NCBI RefSeq assembly: GCF_964355755.1
Contig: NC_092677.1
Coordinates: forward strand, 14,840,101-14,904,100
DNA from: Antedon mediterranea
Lineage: Eukaryota; Animalia; Echinodermata
Direction: 5' to 3'
Length of the DNA stretch: 64,000 nt
Shown in pieces: positions 39,601-51,037 of this stretch; position 1 is the stretch's first letter, and each line of letters begins with the position of its first letter. Made by a program: the position numbers and the translations under genes. Below the pieces are notes generated by a model. That model was not told the DNA's origin. It saw only the letters and a list, made by a program, of their open reading frames with translations, and searched no databases.

Positions 39601-41163
39601 CTATATATAAATTTACGTAAGGGCAAAATTCGGTAAATCGCGCCTTACTTCTAGAATTTTTACTCGATGGTATATAAAGTTGGTTCGTACTTTCGGTACT
39701 GATTTTAACCACCTGATGTAACCCTGTTTACTAATTAAATTAAGTTAGATAATTCGTTATTGACGATTAAAACGAATTTAGGTTCAACGATTTGCCCCAA
39801 ATAGGGGTGTTTTCCGATCGTGGTATACACTGTCTGATGGATGTCCATCTTTAAAAATACCCGCCACAAAAATGCGAGGAGGCTTCGCATTTTCCTATCT
39901 CCTCCTACGATAATTGTTTTTAATAGCTGAAAACCGGTTGAACAGCTAGAGTACACCATCATAATGTTGAAGACAGGCCGATTTTCTTTAAAAAATACTA
40001 TTTTGATAGATTTAATATACGATTATACAAATGTATTGATTTGCGATGAATGGAACATTCCAATCTCTGTGTCGTTCCACAAGTGTCTATTCCCTCAGGC
40101 GTCGTAAAGGAAAGTACTGTATACTCATAACAGAAATTCGATCCATTTTTTTTTTCAATCTGTGCTGCAGAGGTTGGATATAATTTTTTTTTAAACGGAT
40201 AATGAGCTAGTGCTAGCGTTTTCAGTCGCCGTATATTATGTACAAATCTTTATTATTGCATTTAAACCACCCACATCATCACCCTTCTCTCACTAGCATG
40301 AGTAGCGTTGTAAAGCCATAGTAGAGCCTGATAGGCCTATACGGTGCATCATATGCCCTAAACGCAAAACAACTTTGGTGGGTAGGGTAGGAACCAACTT
40401 AAGTATGACTTGGCTCTAAGAAACAATTGAAAACCATTAGGCCTACTAATTAAGTTGAGTTAGATAATTTAATATTTATTGACGATTAAATCGAATTTAT
40501 GATTTTCCCCGAATAGAGGTGGTTTTCACAAATTGTTTTACATTATATAAACATACACGTCGTAGTGATGTATCGTTACCTGTACTGCTATTTCAATCTA
40601 CTAGGACGGTGATACTGATAGTTTCAACAAAGTATTATATCGCAATGTTTTACTGTGTTTAGTGGTATATTATTTGTAAAACATGAAAACAATTAATATT
40701 TTGTTACTAAATGGATAAAGCATATATTTAAAAATTGTTCCTCTTTGCACCCATCCTCTTCCCCATCCTTCAACCCTAATGTTACATACAAAACACAAAG
40801 TTAAGTTTGTTTAAATTTGACTTTAATAAACAATTGGTCTCATTTTGTGACAAGTTTCTCTTTCGGAAGTAATTCCCAGTGTGCTAATGTTAGTTGAGTA
40901 CATAAATCAGTGTCTATTTATTCGTTCCTGTATTGTACGTACATTTGAAATCGTCAGTTTTTTAACGCTGAAATTATTATGTATTCGAGAACCATCTGTG
41001 GGCACGACCTAGATGGTACGCGAGCGAAGCTCAATTTTCTTTTTCTTTACGAAGACATATAATGTTAACGGTAACAATTGTTCTAAGAATACTTACACTG
41101 CGGGAGCGTCGAGTGTAAACAAATAAGAATAGTAAACACGACTGTTACGTATAACACACCCAT
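27444..41163 (-). CDS. robo: Roundabout (Robo)-like receptor: signal peptide - 4 Ig - 4 FN3 - TM - ~12-aa tail
   Basis: 17 in-frame exons: 41163-41097, 39511-39387, 38326-38167, 37959-37772, 37513-37423, 37088-36904, 36826-36673, 34459-34306, 34148-34024, 30718-30539, 30253-30104, 29982-29885, 29758-29548, 29243-29122, 28740-28521, 28226-27942, 27598-27444. Robo signatures NFPPKITEHPS, DLFFLKV, YCEATNYLGSARSNNATLEVA, ECTPPRAFPVP and PPIIKVCPYNQT. Confidence 0.85.
30797..33965 (-). mobile_element. CR1/L2-group LINE (APE + RT, frameshifted) inserted sense-wise in a Robo intron
   Basis: ORFs 32932-33930 (GDFN, SDH), 31952-33025 (YRPVS, DLQKAFD), 31407-31994 (GVPQGSILGP, YADD) and 30972-31286; AATAAA + poly(A) at 30829-30797; possible TSD aatgttt. 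Confidence 0.9.
38564..38957. mobile_element. Non-autonomous DNA transposon (Kolobok-like, TTAA-flanked)
   Basis: ttaaagatgtattgtccc ... ggagacaatacata..ttaa; also present, decayed, in the duplicate at ~46899-47219. Confidence 0.5.
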
Positions 41164-41519
41164 TATTTTGCAAGACAACCTTGGAATATCTCCTGCAGTT
41201 TGTTTGGAGGTTTGTAATACTAAATAGTTTCCGCGAACTTCCGCAAATAAAATAAATCGATTGTTGCGTAGAAATTGAAACAGGTGTATGATGCATGTAA
41301 TATATCAAAGATGGATTATTTTCTTCGACTAAAGTGTACACCTTTGGCTAAAACGTTTCGAATTAAGACAGCACATCCTCCTCTGTGGCGGTTGGTGCCA
41401 CCACTTGTAAAGGTTTCGTTGCCAGCTATAGAAAAAGGAAGATTAGTTTTTATCTCATTCAAGAAAATAATATCAGAACTTTTTAAGATAATTCAACACA
41501 GATTCTTTTTCTAATTTAT

Positions 41520-42193
41520 TTTTTACCGAGTTAATGTTCCATGATGTAATTGTCAGCGTGTTATCCCCAGCATCTGAAAAACGGAAGATTTCCAGCTATC
41601 AACTACTTTGCCGTTAACCAACAACAGGTCTGGCCTTCTCAGTTTCTAGCGCTTTAAAAAGACGATACCATTCACGGCGTACGGCCGGGTGCCTATACTT
41701 CTTAATAAATACAGATTTCCAAGAATCTTTAGACTTTAGCTGTTTTGCCGAGTTTAGTACCGCATTACAAACGTCTGGGTTCTTAAGGGCGAATTTTGCT
41801 TGGAATTTGCTTACCGATACGTTTGGTGGTAAAGTCTACGTTTCCGTTAATATCCAACATCTGCAATACTAACTCGACCTTTCCTTCGTCGGTAGTGGCA
41901 ATATAAGCACTATGCTCCTTTCTTTCATCACCTTCCCATTGGTAATTCATATTTTCATCCAAGCCGGTAATAATCAAAATTTCTATGCGATTTTTCGCAT
42001 CTAACTGCTCAATAAATAGTTGCTGTGACTCTAAAATCAATGCCTGTTTATTGACGACTTCTTTTATTGAAGCAAATTCGGTTTCTACTTGTACAATTCT
42101 AGACATAAATTTGTTTACATCTTCTCGGACACCTTTTATTTCTTTAATCAGCACGTCGTGTGGGCTTCTATCTATGGCGCGCCAAGCTGTCAT
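41520..42193 (-). mobile_element. LINE ORF1-like remnant (coiled coil + RRM-type), at the duplication junction
   Basis: EQLDAKNR..LIITGLDE, RIGK...RP, then after disruption LNSAKQLK..VFIKK..HPAVRREW.RL. Confidence 0.6.
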
Positions 42194-42432
42194 TTATTCG
42201 GAAATAAACATATCTTAGTTTAAAACTAAGATATCTCTATTAATAGAGATATCTCTATTAAAAACTAAGATATCTCTATTAAAAACTAACTAACCGCTTA
42301 TAGATCATATTGCATTCGACAGTTGATTGTAAAAAACATTCAAAATTACCAATAAAGAGTATAAAATTGGTCAGCGCATCTATGCTTGTATCACGCTTGC
42401 CATGCAAGCACATACATACACGACATTCAAGT

Positions 42433-43115
42433 TCTTGAGTTGAACCTCTATGAAGACACTAATATTAGGCCTACTGTTAAGAAAATAACAAATCTATTTA
42501 AAACCTACTTACCATTTGCAAACACCGAATGAAAAACAAATAGAGCAAACATGACTTTTAGGTGTAACTCACTCATTCTCTTGGGACGAGTCTCTCGGGA
42601 CGAAAACACCTCATAGAATTTTTTCTTGTAGTTTTTTAGGCGACAGTGCGCACATACTCCAGACTTAATCTGTTTAATATGTCACCACTAACTAGTTTCC
42701 GCGAACAACTTCCGTCATATCATTTTCATCGAAACATGCAGCGGCATGTATATCAAGATGTGATTAAATTCAGAACTAATGTGCAATTTATTATACAAAA
42801 TAATGATTATCAGTTGAAAGGTTGACTATTTAACAAGTAAATCTTTCGAAGATTGAAATATTCTCTCCATTCAACAGATAATATCAACATTCCTTATTAG
42901 GTCTATACACACCTACCCAAATTATATTTATATTATTAAATTAATTCCCTGTTTCCATCTTTGATAAATGTAGTACTGCAAGTTAGTTTTCAAACATGGC
43001 ATCGCGCGGCACAATTCTCAACTTTTAAAAATCTCAACGTGTAATAGTATACTAAATATCACGATTAAAAATTCTCATTAAGTAGAACGGTGTAACGTGG
43101 TACGAAATTAACCAA
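42433..43115 (-). other. Duplicated promoter + intact signal-peptide exon (42576-42513, MSELHLKVMFALFVFHSVFAN) of the Ig receptor
   Basis: Collinear with 17456-18180; ATG and G|gtaagt donor retained; no Ig-receptor exons follow. Confidence 0.85.
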
Positions 43116-43129
43116 TGAAATGGCAAGGA

Positions 43130-44643
43130 TGCACTCGGGTGTTTTTTCTCCCTTTCAGATGATGTTAGTTTTGGCTATTTATACTCTATTTATAGTCATT
43201 TTGAGCATAGTCCAGAAACAAATTGGGAATTTTGTCTACATCTAAAACCATGACATGCGGGGTCCCACAAGGTACCTTACTCGGACCTTTGCTGTTTTCG
43301 GTAATGGTTAATGATGCGGCAGAAGATACCGAAAATAGATGGAAATACGTAGACGACCTTACAATCGCGAGCATCACATCGGTAGTAAATCCTTCTCAAG
43401 TCAGTCTACAGAGTGTCCTGCAAAATCTTGCTACCTGGTGTATGTCAAATGATATGAAACCTAAACCCACCAAGTGCAATACGTTACGTGTTGGGTTTAC
43501 CGTTTACCCGAAACAAACCAGACTTACCGGAATTAATAATACACAATGCTGCCATTAAGGAAACAATGTAAAATTATTGGGAGTAACACTGCAAAGTAAC
43601 CTGCAATGGGATATCCATATTAGTGCCATTGTTGGGCGTGCTGTCAAAAGATTATACATGCTTTATAGACTGCAACAATTTGGTGCTCCGAAAAAGGATT
43701 TAATCTACACGTATCCAACCTATGTGAGACTTGTTGTTGAGTACTGCTGCCTAGCCTGGCACTCCTCCATATTACAACATCAGACCAAGCAGCTAGAATA
43801 TATACAGAAAAGATCAGTGCGCATCATAAATGGAGGTTATGAATCGTATACTGCAGCATGTAATCACTAAGCTTGAAGACAGGAGAGACTCACTTGCGAT
43901 CAAATTCGGAAAAAAGCTTTTGACATCTGAAAGACATCGGCACTTCTTACCAGAATTCAATAATACTGGGGAAAAAATGAAACTACGTAACTCTGAAAAC
44001 TTAAGGATTCCAAAATGCAAAACATCTCGCTACCAAAAAAGTACAATTCCATTCTTGGTTATCAAAGTGAACGCCATAAAATAACAATAAAATAAATATA
44101 AATATAATTTTTAATGTATATCAGCTAAATAATGGACAATTGAAATATTTTAACCACTTCTTTAATCTTGTGAAATTGTATATATATATCCAAAAAATAA
44201 TTATAACTATATTAATTCTAATATAAATTGTATATTAGTTTTTTAAATTTAAATTTTGATAATAAATAGTTTGTTTGTATTAACATTTGAAAATTTTTAT
44301 AATTGTAATATTTTTCTATTGTTTATTATGTAGTTTTTCCTGTACTCCAAAGATGTAGACAAGTAAAAGGATAGGCTTATTTGAATTTCTATATAATATT
44401 AATAAATAATTGCGAAACTTTAATATGGAAAATAATCATAATAATTTAGTATATTTTTATAACCTCCGTTCGTTTTTCGTTTTTTATATGCTCCCGTTCA
44501 TATGTAATTAAGATTGTTTGCTTGCTTTTTTCATTGTGTTCTTCTTTTATATTTGTTTTACATTTTTGTAAATCACAGGTTTGCCAGCTGGGATTGTTGT
44601 AATTTTTTTATACCGAATAAATAAAAAAAAAATTAAAAAAAAA
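43130..44643 (+). mobile_element. 5'-truncated L2/CR1-group LINE, degraded
   Basis: GVPQGTLLGPLLF, KYVDD, LLGVTL and C-terminal TSRYQKSTIP; aataaa + A-rich tail at 44617-44643. Confidence 0.8.
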
Positions 44644-45597
44644 CAATATAATTTATGAAAACAATAATAGAGTTAAAGCCATTTTATTTTTATTTTACAT
44701 CCCGAGTTTAGTTTTAAAAGATTCATAATATTATTATTTGTATGTTTTAACTATCTACTAAAGCAGTTTATAAAACTTGCTTCTTGACTGGTTTTTTTTT
44801 CTAAAAACATTCTACGCATTACAATTAATTAATTAATTTTATATTAATACTGATTTCATTCATTCTTGTAGTCAAACTTTCATGCTTTTTCCTTCTGGTT
44901 CTTATTCCAATACTTAACATAACCTGGTGCCTCTTCGTTCCCTGAGAAAAAAAAATATTTCAATGATTTGAATTTACATTCTCAAGGCACCAAAGAATGT
45001 GTGCAATTGCTCACTCCAACTTGAGTAGGCCATTTCAGTATATGTAATTGTTCAAGTTGTAAAATGATATTCTGCCAATGATTTATCTAGTCAAAATACT
45101 AATTAATAACTTACCTCAGGATTGTCTACATTCGTCTTATCTGGTCATCGTTTCTAAACAAAATTTTAAAAAGGGAAAATCCAAAGATAAATATTTTAGT
45201 GCGTGTGCAGGAAATTCTATTGTTATTTTTACATTATCATATAGTAACAAGTTACTGTTAAAACATTTGTGTGAATTGGTAAAGATTGGGTAATTGTGTT
45301 TTATATAGACATTTTGAACAGTAATGTAGAAGTACTTTACTGTAGTACTCAACTGTAGTAAGTCAACGACTTTACATAATAATGTTTAATCATGCTATGG
45401 CGCGCTAATTTTAAAGCAGAATGTCTTGAGTTTAGCTGGATGCGAAAGCTAAAAATCCTCAGAAATAAGAGAGATTATCACCGTGTTATGAATGTAGGAA
45501 AACTACAGATTTTAGTTTCAGAATCGCTATATTAACCTTGTGATATGTGAACGACCAATAGAAAACTAGCTGATAAAATTAAATTAAAAATAGCTTA

Positions 45598-47977
45598 CCA
45601 ACTACTCGTAGATTTGCCTGTTTTTTTTTTTTTTTTTTTTTTTTTTCCAACACCAGGATAAAGTGGCTAGTATTTTTTAAATTATTAATAATCAACTAAG
45701 AGAAGTATTTTATTAAAACAATTTAAATTTTAAAAAGTGATTGCAAAATACTTACTAAGCACTGACAGAACACCTGGGTCACTTCTTCTCCTATTCGCAA
45801 TGTTTTCAGCGATACATTATCTATAGCTTCCAGCATCTTCTTCACGTACCTTTAATAAAGACATACATTTATTATTTTAAACTTTATATACACTTCATGA
45901 AAAAAGGGAACATGAGGTATGTTGAATATGGATGAGTGTCAGCCAAGAAAAACAAGCAAATGAATCAGAGGCATAGTCTACAAACAGGAACAGTTGAATA
46001 TTGTAAAGGCTTCTTTAGATGGCATAGTATGCTTGGAAAGAGGTTGTTTGATGGAAAACAGAAGAAAATGCTAATTATTTTAATATGTACTTTACCTGTC
46101 TGATCATAAGATTGCCATCCTGCACTATCTCTACCCTTTCATCACTAACAATGGAGTCTCCGTTTTTCTCCCATGTGATTTCTGGTACAGGAAACACCCG
46201 TGGTGGTGTACATTCCAGAACATAGGTTCCACCAGCAATGCCTTCTACATCTTGTGGATTATTCTTGAACTCATTTTTTAAATCTGTAGGAAAGATAGAA
46301 AATAACGAAAGAAAGAATGAGTTCTGAATTTGATTTATTTCTAGCCCTGGTATCCAATTTTTGTTCAACAACGTAATAATATAAAATGCCTTTATATCAT
46401 AAAGAAATAGTTTGCGGGTTTGAGCATGAGTTGTAGTGAATAATAATAATTATCACTTTCTTGTACATACTTATGTAATAAAATGTTGCTTTATAAACAA
46501 AAACAAACTCACATGCTACTTCTAATGTTGCCTCACAGTAATACCAGGGAGTAATACACACCTGTATTCTGGTTATTTGTCACCTTCAAAAAAAATAGGT
46601 CACCATCACCTACATTGGTACCTTGGTAAGGTTCTCCATCCTTGTACCACTGTAAAGAGAAGAGAAATAAAAATACATGATTATTGTATTCGGCATAAAT
46701 AAATATGCTTTTACAAAACATAATTATTGTACAAACGCAAAACATTCCGTTTGGACTTTATGGATACAATTGGAACAGTATTTTATTGTGTATTATTATT
46801 TCTGTATCTTTTTCAAAGTGTGAAACTTTGTTTGCTTTTTTGTAAGTTTGTTTGTTTGTTGTGTTCTATTGTTACAAAGTGAAGATTCAAATACAATGTT
46901 AAAAGATGTATTTATTTTCCACAAAAAAAACATGAAAAATGAAGATAATTATTAAATCAGACTTTCAAAAGGTAAATTTTAATAAAGTTAATAAATGAAT
47001 AATAGTAATGTTTTCACACACTTATAAATTACAAAGTGGTTAAATTTAACCAATAACCCATTTGACTATTTCTTGGTTCAAATTGCAGTTTTTCAAGTAA
47101 GACAAAAAAATTAGTTTTCGATCCAATTTTTGATCAAAATAGATAACTATTATGTGACAATAAAATGGCATATTAAACAAAAATGTTTGTAAGAATCCAG
47201 TGAGACAATACATCATTAACGTATAGTGTTCCATAGAAATAAATAAACAATGACATTTTCAGGTTTTCAGTTTCAGTCCCCTTTGCACGGGGAATTTATT
47301 CACATATATAGCCTATAGGCTCAGAATAACGTACATGATTTATTAGTGCATCATTATTTGTGTATCTATAAATAGTGATGTCTTCTTCTTCCCAAAGCAA
47401 AATATACATATTTATATAATACGTTTGATAAATTAATATTTGACATGAGTAAACACAATTTAATAATAAACGGGTATGTAAAACTCACTCAATCAGTGTT
47501 AGCATGACATATTAGGCCTAATTCGTAAAAAGTAGGCGCCTTAAAAGTGGTTGCATGGAATGAGATTACTAACACGTATAGTGGCTACTGGTCGAGCATC
47601 AGCCCTACACCTGAATGATGCTGGGTTGTCCCTCACCACAACCAATGCTTGTGGATGCTCCGTAATTTTAGGTGGAAAATTGTCAACAACTGAAAAATAA
47701 GAAAGCAGACTTCCACACTTTTAATTGTGGATGCTTAGTAATTTGTGGTGCAATTAGGCCTACAATATAATTCGTATTTGTATCAACAGCTAACATTAAT
47801 AAGACATGCTTAATTGTTAGCGGATTAGCAAAACATTCATTTTTACCATTTTAATTTTCTTTACGAAGACATATAATGTTAACGGTAACAATTGTTCTAA
47901 GAGTACTTACACTGCGGGAGCGTCGAGTGTAAACAAATAAGAATAGTAAACACGACTGTTACGTATAACACACCCAT
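45598..47977 (-). pseudogene. Robo-like pseudogene (tandem duplicate)
   Basis: Exon 1 at 47977-47911 matches 41163-41097; exon 3 has an indel/stop (~46530-46555); exon 5 has an inserted in-frame TAA (~45817); exon 6 is missing; exon 7 core is replaced by poly(T); exons 8-17 are deleted. Confidence 0.9.
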
Positions 47978-48855
47978 TATTTTGCAAGACAAATTGCAGT
48001 TTGTTAGGAGGTTGGTAATCTGGACTAAATATTTTCCGCGAACTTCCGCAAATAAAATAAGTAAATCGATTGTTGCGTAGAAATTGAAACAGGTGTATGA
48101 TGCATGTAATATATCAAAGATGGATTATTTTCTTCGACTAAAGTGTAATTTATTGTAGCATTATTATAAATTAAAGGTCTAGCCTATTTGTTAATGTTAT
48201 ACAATAATTATCTTCAACCAAACAGCCTTTTTATTACCACGACGTTCCGCCGTTTTTTATAAGTTATTCATCCTATAGAGGGCGATAACATTTTTTTTTT
48301 ATGTGGAAAAAACGTGTGGAGCACGGCGTGGAGAAGAAAATTCGCCTAGGCCTAGCCTACTAAAAAATGAAAACTAAATAGTAATGCGGAAACTGTAACG
48401 GTATATTTCATCTAGGCCTGTTTTGTTATTATACAATTTTAAAGAATTCACATCAATAACAATGGTAAGACAGGCCTTGGCCTGCTTAAGTAGCCTAGGC
48501 CAGATAGAAAGTCCTTTTCTGTCAGTGTTAGGCCTATCGTGTATCGGTAGCGGGGAAAATTCGGTCCTGAAGAGACCATTCGGTCTGGCCCCTGCTGAGA
48601 CGATTCGGCCCACTTACATATATCAGCTTTGATATGCATTTTATAAGCATAAATAAGCCTTTTTTTCCAAACTTTCTTTTCAGAGAGACTTTAGAATTTT
48701 ATTTATTTTATTTTTAAGTTAGGCCTATAATAGCCTCTAGGCCTACTAGCCTAGTTATAGTAGGCCTAGAATTAGAATATATAGAATAGGCTAGGCCTAC
48801 CCTAGTAGTAGTAGTAGGCTAGCCTATAATCATATACATTCATTGTTGGATGGCA

Positions 48856-50912
48856 GGTCACAGTGCATATCGGCCGCCAGTCATTTCGGCCGCCGGTTAT
48901 GGAATGCCTAAAATCATGAAACGCCAAAAAGGACAAAATATGTATTGTTCATTTCGGCCGCCACAATCGTCAATATTGTTAATGTATGGCACGCCTCAAT
49001 TATAAAAAATGGTGTATACACATGTGCCTATCGCCTGAATAGACGTGCGTATTCAAACAGCAAGCAGCAGCAATCAACAAAAATCATACTTTTTGATTTG
49101 TATAGAGTTGCGCTATTTTACTATCATTCGCCGGCTTCTTCTTGACTGAGCCCAACCCCAACGAATTAGGTATAATATTATATCAGGCATATAATAATTT
49201 ACCTCTATTTATATGTATTGTAATTAATATATTATATAGGGAATATACGTCTGTCCTTTATTATGCAAACAATTACGTAAAAGAGAACAATTTATTTAAA
49301 AACAATAATTGCCATGTATAGCCCGTAAAGCCAGCGTATCCATTTTTATACTTATGCATACTGTGTGGCAGATTATATCATGTCGTTAACAACATAACCT
49401 ACTATTCGATCACCTAATTTTTATTTTTTTATTTTATTTACATCCGTTATGTAGGATAATATTAAGTGTATAATAATAATTGTTGAGACAAATCACGTGT
49501 ATACTTTTATTTCTAATGTTATGTTTTTAAAATAGTTGTTAGTAAAAATGATCATTATATGCGGATGGTTAAAAGGCGAGTTACTGAAATAAACCCCCGA
49601 ATAAGCCGTATTGGGGGAGATGCGCTTTCTATGATCGTGCAGCTGTTTCCTCTAACAATGCGTTATTTTGCTGACGGGGTTTCCCCTTTTTAAAAAGCAC
49701 GCACTTGTTAGCGTGTCAAATCATGGACAAAACACGTACGATCGTAGTCCATGGCCAGCAGGTAAAGATGACGTCTATTACCAATAACCATACTTTTAAA
49801 ACGTCTATAGGCCTCCTGCACGTGTTTTTGTGAAACGATGTATATAATTTACGTATACTGTACGTCGATACTACAGATTTTAATTTGAAAAATATCTTTT
49901 ATTTCTTTATTTACAATAATCATTTAATGTAAATAATTAAGTAAGTAGTCTCACATAACATCCATACGACGTTCGTAAATCTAAATGTTTAAATATCAGT
50001 ACCTCTTTGAGAATCGTGTCCACCTTTATTATCCATACATTATTCTCACATCTATCATTGTACATCATAGACCTACTGTAGGGCTGGTAGATTGATTTAT
50101 AACGGAATATTATCTATATATTTTATTATTATCCTAAACCATGCTCACGTCAGAGTGGCGGATATCGGATGCAAAAATCATCATCATGCATCAAATTCCT
50201 TTATTGCATAAACCTCATTGAGCTGGTATCCACTTGCAGGTATAAAACGAGTTTTGTAATTAACTGTGATTAAAAAATACGCAATAAGCACGTCTACTTG
50301 TTTAACTATTAAATTATTATTTATTTTCAAAACCTTAAACAACGTCATGCTAAAAGAACACATTACATTAAAACCTGTAAGATAAAATGGAAACACAAAT
50401 TATTTATAAATAGGCTAATGAGATAAATATTTATATTTACTGTACTTAAAAAATAACGATCGAGGTTTAAAAAAATGTCAAACAGTATTATTAGAAATTC
50501 CAATATTCAAAATTAACTAAAAACATAATGAACGTTTTCATTAAAAATGTATCTAATGCGCCATATACAAATTAGCGCGACCAAAATAAAACGCGACCGA
50601 TATCAAACGTAACTAATAGGATAAAAAGCGTATCTAGCGGCGCTCCATACCAAATACCGGATGTTTATTTTATCGCGACCGATTTCAAACGCGATCGATT
50701 TCATCTGACACCATTTACACACGTCTATTCAGGCGATAGGCACATGTATACACCCTTTTTGACAATTAAGGCGTGCCATACGTTATTAACAATATTGACG
50801 ATTCTGGCAGCCGAAATGAACAATACATATTTTGTCTTTTTTGGCGTTTTATGATTTTGGGCGTTCCATAACCGGCGGCCGAAATGACTGGCGGCCGAAA
50901 TGATCAGACACC
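48856..50912. mobile_element. Non-autonomous DNA transposon, ~190-bp TIRs, 8-bp TSD (MULE- or Merlin-like)
   Basis: 48856-49047 is the reverse complement of ~50720-50912; GGATGGCA flanks both ends (48848-48855, 50913-50920); termini GGT...ACC. Confidence 0.8.
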
Positions 50913-51037
50913 GGATGGCATGCATGCTGTTTAATTTAATTGTCTAAAGTTTAATTCAGTCCAATATACCAATATAAAGATGAAGTTTAAAATAATTAAA
51001 TAAATTAAATGAAAATTTATTAAATTTACTCCTACAG

